Source of the DNA: Octopus vulgaris
Taxonomy: Eukaryota
Direction of reading: 5' to 3'
NCBI GenBank assembly: GCA_951406725.2
Contig: OX597834.1
Location: 36,146,001 to 36,210,000, forward strand
DNA length: 64,000 bases
Of the stretch, positions 13,657-25,516 are shown piece by piece; positions within the stretch are counted from its first letter, which is position 1, and each line of letters starts with the position of its first letter. The notes below the pieces were generated by a model, which ran no database searches, was not told where the DNA came from, and saw nothing but the letters and a program-made list of their open reading frames with translations. The position numbers and the translations under genes were made by a program.

Positions 13657-13697
<41 letters not shown>

Positions 13698-13701
13698 CCT
13701 C

Positions 13702-13736
<35 letters not shown>

Positions 13737-13965
13737 AGGAGTGCATTGTGTTCAATAAATAATATTTCAAGGATTTAACTTAGCAAATGGATAACTTGAC
13801 TGAAAACATAATAAGCGAAAATTTGACAAAACTATGGCAAACTGAAAATTCGTAGATAATTCTTCAGACGTTAACTAATGACAAATTACCAACGAACTTT
13901 CCGTTTGTCTTGGTTTTGTGAAAATTTCCGTTTGTAATATTAAATCTTGCATATATATATATATA

Positions 13966-14057
<92 letters not shown>

Positions 14058-14095
14058 TATACATATACATATATGTATATGTGTGTGTAGATTTC

Positions 14096-14156
<61 letters not shown>

Positions 14157-14219
14157 AATATATATAGATTCAGATGAATATGATACTTAAGTTGAGGCAA
14201 CAAGGATATCCAGAGGTAA

Positions 14220-14306
14220 TACAGTACGATCGTTTCATGCAACTCCATTTAATTGAACAATGCAATCATTACATCAATTTAAAATGTAGAGCAATCTTCA
14301 GCCGCA
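14220..14306 (-). ncRNA. Type I hammerhead motif (canonical CUGAAGA core, long loop 2)
   Basis: UGCGG-CUGAAGA-UUGC...GCAU-GAA-ACGAUCGU(palindrome)-A-CUGUA. Confidence 0.5.
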
Positions 14307-15813
14307 CAAAGACATAGAATTTAATTAAATTAGAACAGATGGACACATTAGTATAATTATACCTGAAACTTCCAAGAAGTTAAGGAGATAGACAAAGAAC
14401 ATATTGTCTCTACTTCAGCATAGAAGTTACTAAAATTTTCAAGAAGATTCTCTCTGCCACTGATTTTTGTCTTAAATCCCTTGTATATCTAAGTCTAAGA
14501 GAACAGAGGGCAGTATCTGTTAGGGTTATGGCTGAGAGAGTAGACAGACATTCTAGTTGGTATAGTCATAAAAAATCAAGATTTATTATAAGCAATATCA
14601 TGAGGTTTAGGAAGGGAAAACTTAAAACAAGATGTTAGCTGACAATTAAGGGGGCAGCCACTAGCAGACTATTGATAATGAAACAGGGGAAGTCTTATCA
14701 TATGGTACTATAGTTAGATATTTTAAACAATGTTGCTATGTATACAGTTAAAGTTTATGGGTATTCAAAGGATTATTAAGAAGAATATTATAACAAAAGG
14801 ATAGAAATTTATGAATACTTTTGAGTTTATACCAAACTTCTTACCACAATAGAGGGAGGAAAAGAAATTATCCAGAAATAGTTTAATATTTATACATATT
14901 GTATACTTAAATACTAACTCATCAGATGGTATCTGTGAATATTGATTAATTGGTATATACTGGTATTAATAAAGGTGTATTGGGGTAAAGGAACATACTA
15001 ATTCTGTATTAATAAAATTTTAATCTAAGCAGTACTTTTTTTATAAGTAGTGAATATACCAGAATATTTTTATATAAGCTAAGTATGAATTTATAGAGAT
15101 ACAAAAATTAGATTAATTTTATAAATAAATAAAGGCTGATTATAAAGTAATAAAGAAATAAAATAAAATATTCAAGTAGGGCAGAACACCATAGAAAAGG
15201 AAATAAAATAGCTTAATTACTAATACTATCGTAAAGTATATGTAGCTTGTTAACACCAATAGAAAAGATTTTTAGAAAAAGTATAATATTTCAAAATATA
15301 TTAGACTAAAAATGATATATTTACTTATTTAGCTAATATCAATAAAATACTGATGTTTGGTATTGGCTAAAGGAATATTTAAGTTATGGAACAATCATAT
15401 TTTACATTAATCTTTTTTTAAAAACTAAGGGTTATATTATAGGTTTAAGAAGTTATTATTGTTACTCCCTACATGATATTTATAGTTTCTTAGTGGTACT
15501 TGTTTAGAAGGGTTATTTATATAAAGGCCCTTATAAATATTAAGATCAAGAAGGTAGAGCCATTTAACAAAGAGATAAATCAAGTAATTTCTAAAGATCA
15601 TTTCATACGATATTGTCTTATTGTATAAAGTTAAAATTATTAAGAATGATATTTTCACAAAAGGATAAAACTTCTTTGAATATTTTGAATATATATCAAG
15701 TTTTTTACCACAATAGAGGGAGGAAAAGAAAATTGCAAAGAAAAAGTTTAATATTTATTTACTTATTACTTATCTAAATATTAACTTATTATATTATATT
15801 TATTCCTTTCAAT

Positions 15814-15851
15814 CCTTTCTGTCGAAGGGCGTAGGCTCGAAACGTTAAAGG
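15814..15851 (+). ncRNA. Minimal type I hammerhead-like motif, A6U core, sense strand of gene 1 intron 1
   Basis: CCUUU-CUGUCGA-A-GGGC(GUAG)GCUC-GAA-ACGU-U-AAAGG. Confidence 0.55.
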
Positions 15852-17382
15852 TTTTTCCATTATTGCCGAGCGTTAAACTAATACACCTGCTTGTTGTTCC
15901 TACACCTGTCTTCATCATTTGCTTTTTGTAAATTTCAACTATATCTTGTACTATAAGCTTCGGGCCGACCAAAGACTTTTGAGAGGATTTGGTAGATGGA
16001 AACTGTATGAAACCCGTCATATATATTCATATTTATGTGTATATTTTTTTGTGGCAGTGTTTTCCTCCGCCGCCGCTTTACAAACGGTGTCGATTTCATT
16101 CCCTTCTCAAGCCATGCCTGGCTCATAAGGGCCGGTTTCCCCGGTTTCCTTGGTGTATAGGTTCCCCGCCTGGACGGGACGCCGGTCCCTCGCAGGGGAG
16201 CTGCAAGATGCAGGAGGAAAGAGTGAGAGAAAGTTGTGGCGAAAGAGTCAGCAGAAGTTCGCCATTACCTTCTGCCGGTGCCGCGTGGAGCCTAGGTATT
16301 TCGCTCATAAACACACACATCGCCCAGTCTGAGATTCGAATCCGCGATCCCTCGACTGCGAGTCCACTGCTCTAACCACTAGGCCATGTGCCTCCACATT
16401 TCATTGACTCCAGTACTCAACTGGTACTTATTTTATCGACTCCCAAAGAATGAAAAGCAAAGTCAACCACCGCGGAATTTGAACTCAGAACGTACAGACG
16501 GACAAAATGCCGACGTGCTAACCACTCGGCCAGCTTGCCGCCTTTCTGACCACAACCAACTGATTATTATTAGATTTGCGCTCTTTTATTCTAGTGTTAG
16601 TAGATTAAATTTTCTAATTAATCTCTTATATCTCAGCCTTACATTCATCTCAGATAAAATTAGAATCAATCTGACTTGATACCAACTCCCACCAAGAAGA
16701 TTTCGTCCTAAACCGAGAGAGGAGGAGGAGGAGGAGGAGGAGGAGGAGAGAGAGAGAGAGAGAGAGGGTGGGTGGGGGAAGAGCCGCACTAAATCAACTT
16801 TTTAAAAATTAATCTCTTGAGAACTTTGAGATAGAAAAACATAATATCTGAAACTCATCATATAGTAAAAAACAATGACCCTAATTAACTATACCCATTA
16901 CATATCTCCTTAACTAATTATGTAAAGAGAAACATAACTCTTGAATAATATATGGAAACAGTGATTAATTAATAATTGGTAAGATAATAGGAGTTATTTA
17001 TGTGTTATTAACCCCAATTGTAGAGGATATTATTTCGAAATTGGACAAATTATGACGCATTTCATCAAAGGGTTTATAAATATCTGGTTACTGTCATTAA
17101 TTTTCTTTTTGTTTAAAATGGACGTTATTTGATATCACTTTCACACTTAAACAAAAAAAAAAGTCTGTACACACACACACACACGCGCGCGCGCGCACAC
17201 GCACGCGCACACGCACGAGTGTGCGCGTGCACAAGCTTTCACACATATTGTTAATAATCGACAGAATTTTCAAAGTGACTCAATAGCCAATATTTTCACG
17301 CATTGTCCCTGATTGGTGCCTTTGCATGAAACTTTCGGCCTTTGAGTTTAATAATAATAATAATTATAATAATAATAATAAT

Positions 17383-17423
<41 letters not shown>

Positions 17424-17439
17424 GAAGAAGAAGAAGAAG

Positions 17440-17763
17440 AAGAAATGGAGAAACTCTCAAAATACAAAGACCTGGAAACAGAGGTAACTAGAATGTGGAA
17501 TCTGAAAACAGAAACAATTCCTATCATAGTAGGTGCATTAGGCATGATAAAAAAATATTCAGACAAATACAAAACAAAAACACCAGGACTTACAAACACA
17601 TATAACATACAGAAAATTGCACTACTAGGCACTGCACACATCCTACGCAGAACACTTTCCATACAATAACCATCAGAGCATCACAACAAATCACAGCACA
17701 TACCCAAGGCACACAGAGCTGCGCTCGGTAGTGAAGTGAAAGCACGCTATAAAAATAAAACTA

Positions 17764-17768
<5 letters not shown>
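17440..17768 (+). mobile_element. 3' fragment of R4/Dong-like LINE in (TAA)n
   Basis: EKLSKYKDLETEVTRMWNLKTETIPIIVGALG..ALLGTAHILRRTL (RLE C-terminus); same 3'UTR as the element at 28051; TAA repeats on both sides. Confidence 0.85.
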
Positions 17769-17834
<66 letters not shown>

Positions 17835-17847
17835 TGATGATAATGAT

Positions 17848-18337
17848 AAAATGCCCTGAGGCAGTACCTGGCAGTGGCCCTCATGGCTTCTGATCTTAAC
17901 TGATTGGAAGTGCTATCATGTACATTGTTTTGTCTTGGAATACAAGATGGGCTACAGCAAATATTCTGCTCAATACCACAGATTTGCTTGTCAGTTGTTT
18001 GACCTTAAACAGTTGACCATGTCCTTTAGTGGCTGACGATATGTGCATCTCTGATCATGAGCAGAATTAGTGGGCGAGCATCATAGCCATTTGTTGAAAG
18101 GAATTCTTGGAGGTTTGGGTAATTCACATTGCTACTCGAGCTGAAGAAAATTCTAACTGGGCCCAACCTGCAAAGTCATGCGCTGTTTGTCTTGATAGGA
18201 GATAACCATGTCGTGCACATATGGTTGTGATGCATGTGTCTGGTGTACTCTTAGACTGGCAGTCATGATGGGTATACTGGGCTTCGTATATTTTACCCCA
18301 GTGTCCCTTTGAAGGCATGCACTGCTCTCTCACTCAA
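17848..18337 (+). mobile_element. ~500-bp non-coding interspersed repeat resident in (TAA)n
   Basis: Reverse-complement copies at 58166-58663 and 63357-63885; every copy is flanked by TAA/TTA repeats. Confidence 0.7.
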
Positions 18338-18368
18338 TAATAATAAATAATAATAATGATAATAATAA

Positions 18369-18557
<189 letters not shown>

Positions 18558-18743
18558 CCAAACAAGAAAACAAAAGGACATCAACGCAAGGATGTGGAAC
18601 AAATAAAGTATTATTGGACGCTCAGGAAAGAAGGGAAAAAGGAGGGTTTGACGCTTCGAGCGGAGCTCTTCGTCGGAAACATAGGAGAAAGAAATATCCC
18701 GAGACGGGAGGACAGAGGAAAAGAATTGCAGGTAGTATTCACG

Positions 18744-18783
<40 letters not shown>

Positions 18784-18930
18784 GTATACATTAAGGAGAT
18801 GTACTTGCATAGCAAGTGATTTGATTTGAGATCGTGTACTGAAACGAAAACAATTGCAGCATGGAAGGTGTTTGTAAGCCATTTAAAAACACACAAAAGC
18901 CGTTCGATTCACTTCAACATTTAAATTTAA

Positions 18931-18981
18931 TTTGTCAAAATATTTTCGTCGCTTTGAGACTGCGACCTGTTCACTGACAAA
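18931..18981 (-). ncRNA. Minimal type I hammerhead fold with G3-C8 core (copy 1)
   Basis: UUUGUCA-GUGAACA-G-GUCGC(AGUCUCAAA)GCGAC-GAA-AAUAUU-U-UGACAAA. Confidence 0.65.
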
Positions 18982-19149
18982 ATTCAGTGCTGCATCACTG
19001 CAAAATTCCGAGATGCAAACTTCTGATATGTCCAGGAATTGACTCGAACAAGTTCCGAGCAGTTTTAAGGGAAATTCTGAGTTAAGGTGTTTGTAAGCCA
19101 TTTAAAAACACACAAAAGCCGTTCGATTCACTTCAACATTTAAATTTAA

Positions 19150-19200
19150 TTTGTCAAAATATTTTCGTCGCTTTGAGACTGCGACCTGTTCACTGACAAA
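19150..19200 (-). ncRNA. Minimal type I hammerhead fold with G3-C8 core (copy 2)
   Basis: Same sequence as 18931-18981, 219 nt away. Confidence 0.65.
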
Positions 19201-19963
19201 ATTCAGTGCTGCATCACTGCAAAATTCCGAGATGCAAACTTCTGATATGTCCAGGAATTGACTCGAACAAGTTCCGAGCAGTTTTAAGGGAAATTCTGAG
19301 TTGTTCATCATGTAAAAATTTTTTTTAAATACTTGCTTTAGTTCATTCAGCAACAGAGGGAAACGTATATTCTCTGCTGCTCCGAAATGCACAAGAAATG
19401 TTCGATTATACTTAGATTCTGTGATTGTGTGTGTGTATGGGGTGGGGTGAGGGTTCGAACAACCCAAGTGGTCTACTTCACTTTTGTGATCTTTGTACGA
19501 ATTTTGAATAATATTTGCCAGATGAATCGGTGTGTCATCATCCAAGAGGGCCGTACTACTATCACGGAATAAGGTCCGTACTATAGGATACTCATCATTA
19601 ACCAAAATACTCAGCTAAACCTCGGTGTTAGCTCTGCCATATAGAACAACTAAATGATCAAGAGAATTCCATGACATCTCTGCCCAAATCATCACAGAGT
19701 CACATCCATTCTTCACGACTCAGGTCAAGTAGTCAGTGTTGTAGACTTCTTAAGGTTGCCCTCCAGACATAAACACACACCTCATCAGAGAAGATGACAT
19801 TGTTCGATTGAGCAAATGTTTACTTCCAATAGTCTGGACAGCATTTCCTCCGCTTATCAGTGTTGGCTATCCTGGCCAAGGGCTTAAATCTACGGTCACT
19901 AACAACATGGTGTATAAAAGCCGAGCGAGACAGGGTTTATTTAACATGAAGTAAAATCACCTT

Positions 19964-20347
19964 GTGGATGCGCAATGGCCCAGTGGTTAGGGCAGCGGAC
20001 TCGCGGTCGTAGGTTCGCGGTTTCGATTCCCAGACCGGGCGTTGTAAGTGTTTTTTGAGCGAAAACACCTAAAGCTCCACGAGGCTCCGGCAGGGGATGG
20101 TGGTGATCCCTGCTGTACTCTTTCACCACAACTTTCTCTCACTCTTACTTCCTGTTTCTGTAGTACCTGTATTTCAAAGTGCCGGCCTTGTCACTCTCTG
20201 TGTCACGCTGAATATCCCCGAGAACTACGTTAAGGGTACACGTGCCTGTGGAGTGCTCAGCCACTTGCACGTTAATTTCACGAGCAGGCTGTTCCGTTGA
20301 TTCGGATCAACCGGAACCCTCGTCGTCGTAACCGACGGAGTGCTTCC
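19964..20347 (+). mobile_element. tRNA-derived SINE, family B, full length
   Basis: TGGCCCAGTGGTTAGGGC A box, GTTTCGATTCCC B box; 11-bp TSD AAAATCACCTT at 19953 and 20348. Confidence 0.88.
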
Positions 20348-20811
20348 AAAATCACCTTATAAGACACTTCTGCACCGAGGGATGTAACATAACCAGTTGT
20401 ACAGTATCCCACCCGTGAGAGATCGATATATAATGGGTCGAAACGATCGTTATGAGCAATAACATTTCTCGTATATTTTATTTTCCATCTACCTCATTTG
20501 TTATCTACTTAACGAACACTGAAGAATTCCTGGGGTAGATCCAGTGACAGTTGTGTAAATACCGTGGTTGAAGTCAGGTAGCCATAAGCAGTGAACGTGC
20601 TTCAGCGGCTAATAGGTACATGCCCAATGCTTGAATAATTACTTATGCACGTATGTATGTATGTATGTATGTATGTATGTATGTATGTATGTATGTATGT
20701 ATGTATGTATGTATGTATGTATGTGTGTATGCATGTATGTATGCCTGTATGTATTTATGTATGTATGTATGTATGTATGTATTTATGTGTGTATGCATGT
20801 ATGTATGCATG

Positions 20812-20845
<34 letters not shown>

Positions 20846-21074
20846 CGTACGTATGTATGTATGTATGCATGTATGTATTTATTATGTATGTATGTATGTA
20901 TGTATGTATGCATGCATGCATGTATGTATGTATGTATGCATGCATGCATGCATGCATGTATGCATGTATGTATGTATGTATATAGGGAGAGTTTACAAAA
21001 GAAGCAAAAGACGAAGACAGGTGGTGTACAAAACAAACAGATGTATTAGTATAACACTTAGGAATAGAAACAGT

Positions 21075-21110
21075 CTTTTACGTTTCGAGCCTACGCTCTT
21101 CTACAGAAAG
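21075..21110 (-). ncRNA. Minimal hammerhead-like motif, A6U core
   Basis: CUUU-CUGUAGA-A-GAGC(GUAG)GCUC-GAA-ACGU-A-AAAG. Confidence 0.55.
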
Positions 21111-21173
21111 GGACACAGAAAAAACAAGGAGATAAAAAAAAATGTGTGTAGTGGCTATGTATGTGTGTATGTA

Positions 21174-21250
<77 letters not shown>

Positions 21251-21305
21251 AAGTAAGCAGTTCTGATATTTTTAATATTTTATCTTCAATTTATGTATTT
21301 TACAG

Positions 21306-21451
21306 CTAATTCCGAAACTAATTCGTCGTACATGGTGAATGCACAAAAACTTATAACAGAACTCCTTAAGGGTTACGATCGTCGTGTCGTACCTGTTACG
21401 GATGGACCGGTTCTTGTTTCGTTAAACCTTAATGTGGCGAATTTTGAATTG
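21306..21451 (+). CDS. Gene 1 exon 2: N-terminal helix and beta1
   Basis: TTTTACAG acceptor; ..[35 protein letters not shown] matches the nAChR L..LL..Y....RPV..V.V motif; GTAAGC donor, phase 0. Confidence 0.92.
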
Positions 21452-21470
21452 GTAAGCACTCTTTTCCGCC

Positions 21471-21633
<163 letters not shown>

Positions 21634-21736
21634 AACCTGTTTGTCTGTCTGTCTGTCTACCTGCCCACCCACCTGTCTGTCTACCTGCTTGCTTAGCTGT
21701 CTATCTATCTGTCTATCTGTCTATCTGTCTATCTGC

Positions 21737-21814
<78 letters not shown>

Positions 21815-22371
21815 ATTTATTAATTTGTTTATTTATTTATCTATCTAGTTATTTGTATGTGTATGCGTGTGTGTGTATGTGTGTTTGTGTATTGTGTTAT
21901 ATAGGTGCAGCCGAGGTTGTATATTAACAATTTTGGTTCCCAACCAAATGGTTCCAGATTCAATTCTATTGCATGGCACCTTGGGCAAATGTCTTCTACT
22001 GTAGCTTCGGACCGATGAAAGTGTTGCGAGTGGGTTTGGTTGATGGAAACTGGAAGAAGCTCGTCGTATCGAACCGTAAAAGAGGTAATGGATGGCTAAT
22101 GTGTGGTGCGCACACACACACACACACTGTCACAAGCATACACACACACAGAAGCAGTCACACATGCGTACAAACATAATCACACACACGTTCCCGCGCA
22201 CGCATACACACGCGCGCAAATTCTTCGTTTACGGTCAGCCTTAACTTCTCTTCTAAGCAAACACACATCTACATACACATAATAGGTTAAAGGGTGAAGG
22301 GACCCTTCGGCCATTAACGACCATGGAATTGCACCCAGGCAAGTCCAGGCAAGGTTGTTTATGGAAGACCA

Positions 22372-22907
22372 GCAGTCGCCAATGCATACCTATTTCTTTA
22401 TTACTCACAAGGGGCTAAACATAGAGGGGACAAACAAGGACAGACATAGGTATTAAGTCGATTACATCGACCCCAGTGCGTAACTGGTACTTAATTTATC
22501 GACCCCGAAAGGATGAAAGGCAAAGTCGTCCTCGGCGGAATTTGCAGTCGCCAATGCATACCTATTTCTTTATTGCCCACAAGGGGCTAAACACAGAGGG
22601 GACAAACAAGGACAGACATAGGTATTAAGTCGATTACATCGACCCCAGTGCGTAACTGGTACTTAATTTATCGACCCCGAAAGGATGAAAGGCAAAGTCG
22701 ATCTCGGCGGAATTTGCAGTCGCCAATGCATACCTATTTCTTTATTGCCCACAAGGGGCTAAACACAGAGGGGACAAACAAGGACAAGACATAGGTATTA
22801 AGTCGATTACATCGACCCCAGTGCGTAACTGGTACTTAATTTATCGACCCCGAAAGGATGAAAGGCAAAGTCGTCCTCGGCGGAATTTGCAGTCGCCAAT
22901 GCATACC
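22372..22907 (-). repeat. Tandem array: three ~153-bp truncated family C SINE modules separated by four copies of a 19-bp host sequence
   Basis: GCAGTCGCCAATGCATACC at 22372, 22544, 22716 and 22889 (period 172-173), nested in another SINE. Confidence 0.9.
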
Positions 22908-23159
22908 AGCTTCCTCTTTCCACGCCGGCGATGTTGCGGAAAGGCAAAGGGGCCGACACAGCTGTGCACCAATGATGTCATAACTCATTTCTACGGCTGA
23001 GTGAACTGAAGCAACGGGAAAAACTGAACGGAAGACCAAAAGATCGTGTCCCATGGCAAAGAGAGAAGAAATTGTAAATGGTAAGAGAATGAGTGGATAA
23101 CAAAGACACAGGAAGTGGAAGAAAGAAAGGAATGGAGTAAAATGGAGTAAAAACAAAGG

Positions 23160-23211
<52 letters not shown>

Positions 23212-23315
23212 TAAATGGAGCAATAAAAAGGTCGATAATAAAGAAAGACAGAGCATGCAGGAGAAAAAAAAATCGAGCGAAATAGCAATAGATAGATAGA
23301 TAGATAGATAGATAG

Positions 23316-23422
<107 letters not shown>

Positions 23423-23447
23423 GATAGAGATGGATAGATAGAGATAG

Positions 23448-23489
<42 letters not shown>

Positions 23490-23577
23490 ATAGAGAGACA
23501 GAGAGGCAGAGAAAGAGAGAGAGAGACAGAGAGACAGAGAAAGAGACAGAGAGAGAGAAAGAGAGAGAGACAGAGAC

Positions 23578-23639
<62 letters not shown>

Positions 23640-23917
23640 CAGAGAGCGAGAGAGAGAAACAGAGAGAGAGAAAGAGCGAGAGAGACAGAGAAAGAGAGAC
23701 AGAGAGAGACACAGAGAGAGAGAGACACAGACAGAGAAAGAGAGACAGAGAGAGACAGAGAGAGAGAGAAAGAAGCGAGAGAGACAGAGAGAAAGAGAGA
23801 TAGATAGATAGATAGATAGAGAGAGAGACAGAGACAGAGAAAGAGAGAGAGACAGAGAGACAGAGAGAGACAGAGAGAGAGAAAGAGAGAGAGACAGAGA
23901 AAGAGAGAGAGAGAGAG

Positions 23918-23965
<48 letters not shown>

Positions 23966-24353
23966 TGGGAGCTGGGGGAATTAAGTTGCACAGAAACGAA
24001 GAAATGAAAGAGCAAAGCAGTAATTGGAGTCGATTTGCGCGATAGGTTACAACTTCATGTCGTATGTGCAACTGAATGGAATCTTAAGCGCACCTCCATC
24101 AAAAAACTTTCTGTAGTTATGTATGGGGGGAAAGTGTTTGTCGAATTACTTCAGGAAGGCTTTACCTCTGCTGGATTTGACATTTATAGAGAAGGAGTAA
24201 TTGAAAATGCTTTATTTACAATAATATTCGTTGTTAAATAAGGCGGCGAGATGGCAGAATCGTTAGCACGCCGGACAAAATGATTAGCGGCGTTTCGTCC
24301 GTCTTCCCTTGCTTTCGCTAGCACACCACTTCCATCTTCACATACAGACACGT

Positions 24354-24400
<47 letters not shown>

Positions 24401-24731
24401 TGTGTGTGTGTGTGTGGAAACATGCACCTTACGTTTCTATTAGCTAGAATTCTGGTTATCATCTTTACAGCGTATAATCACACCACACATACGCGCGCGC
24501 GCACACACACACACATCTCTACATGTATGTATGTGTAACACAAATATAAGTGGTTCAACTCTTATTTCTAGCAATATATGTGCTTGTTACTCATATAGTC
24601 ACAATTAGTGATGACTAAATTTTGCCTGTACGGTTTGTATTACACCTTGCTGCCCAACGTTGATTTTCTGCTATATGTATGTATATAGTTTCCAGGTATT
24701 CTTTACTTTTTCGTTTCTTTCTTTAAATCAG

Positions 24732-24883
24732 GATGAATATGGAGGGAAATTTAAAGTCCAGGGAATGCTAGTGAAATTTTGGGTCGATTCCAGATTAGAT
24801 TGGGACCGCAAGAAATACAATATAAAGGTGCTCTGTCTGCCGATGAAAGATGTTTGGCGTCCTGATATTACTCTTTACAATTA
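24732..24883 (+). CDS. Gene 1 exon 3: loops D and A
   Basis: Pyrimidine tract plus CAG acceptor; DEYGGKFKVQGMLVKFWVDSRLDW...VWRPDITLYN contains the W.D..L.W and WxPDIxLYN motifs; GTAAGT donor at 24884, phase 2. Confidence 0.93.
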
Positions 24884-24929
24884 GTAAGTTAACATTCAGC
24901 TTTTGTTATAATTTCCCCCCGAATGTATA

Positions 24930-25515
24930 AGGCGGTGAGCTGGCAGAAACGTTAGCACGCCGGGCGAAATGCTTAGCGGTATTTTGTCTGCAGTTACGTT
25001 CTGAGTTCAAATTCCGCCGAAGTCGACTTTGCCTTTCATCTTTTCGGGGTCGATAAATTAAGTATCAGTTACGCACTGGGGTCGATGTAATCGACTTAAT
25101 ACCTATGTCTGTCCTTGTTTGTCCCATCTATGTTTAGCCCCTTGTGGGTAATAAAGAAATAGGTATTTTGTCTGCAGTTACGTTCTGAGTTCAAATTCCG
25201 TCGAAGTCGACTTTGCCTTTCATCTTTTCGGGGTCGATAAATAAAGTACCAGTTACGCACTGGGGTAGATGTAATCGACTTAATCCGTTTGTCTGTCCTT
25301 GTTTGTCCTCTCTGTGTTTAGCCCCTTGTGGGTAGTAAAGAAATAGGTATTTCGTCTGCCGCTACGTCCTGAGATCAAGTTCTATCGAGGTCGACTTTGC
25401 TTTTCATCCTTTCGGAGTCGATAAATTAAGCACCAGCTGTGCACTGGGTTCGATCTAACCGACTGGTCCTCTTCCGAAAACTTTCAGCCCTTGTGCTTAT
25501 TGTAGAAAGGATTAT
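24930..25515 (+). mobile_element. Composite SINE family C with two tail-A modules
   Basis: Head followed by repeated GGTATTT..AAAGAAATA modules, then tail B; begins ~45 nt after the exon 3 donor. Confidence 0.8.
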
Positions 25516-25516
25516 T

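Larger units (their letters stand above)
18791..19302 (-). mobile_element. Penelope-type pseudo-LTR with 219-bp tandem duplication
   Basis: 18865-19083 is repeated at 19084-19302; the same family occurs at 52506-52853; each unit carries a hammerhead fold. Confidence 0.65.

Noticed and set aside
18640-18680. Hammerhead-like motif with CCGACGA core (minus strand; truncated relative at ~38210)
   Set aside because: It has two departures from consensus (U4C and A15.1G) and there is no second intact copy, so decay cannot be distinguished from a real variant.
19964-20045. tRNA-like sequences (also at 8922, 46722, 51785 and others)
   Set aside because: They are SINE heads continuing into shared bodies, with TSDs in several copies; no complete cloverleaf or terminator.
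22372-22907. CRISPR-like repeat/spacer pattern (19-bp repeats, regular spacing)
   Set aside because: The spacers are near-identical SINE fragments of ~153 bp, the context is eukaryotic and there are no cas genes.
24882-24884. Apparent in-frame TAG right after ..ITLYN suggesting gene 1 is a pseudogene
   Set aside because: The G belongs to the GTAAGT donor; TA plus T from exon 4 gives Tyr. Gene 2 has the same phase-2 intron.
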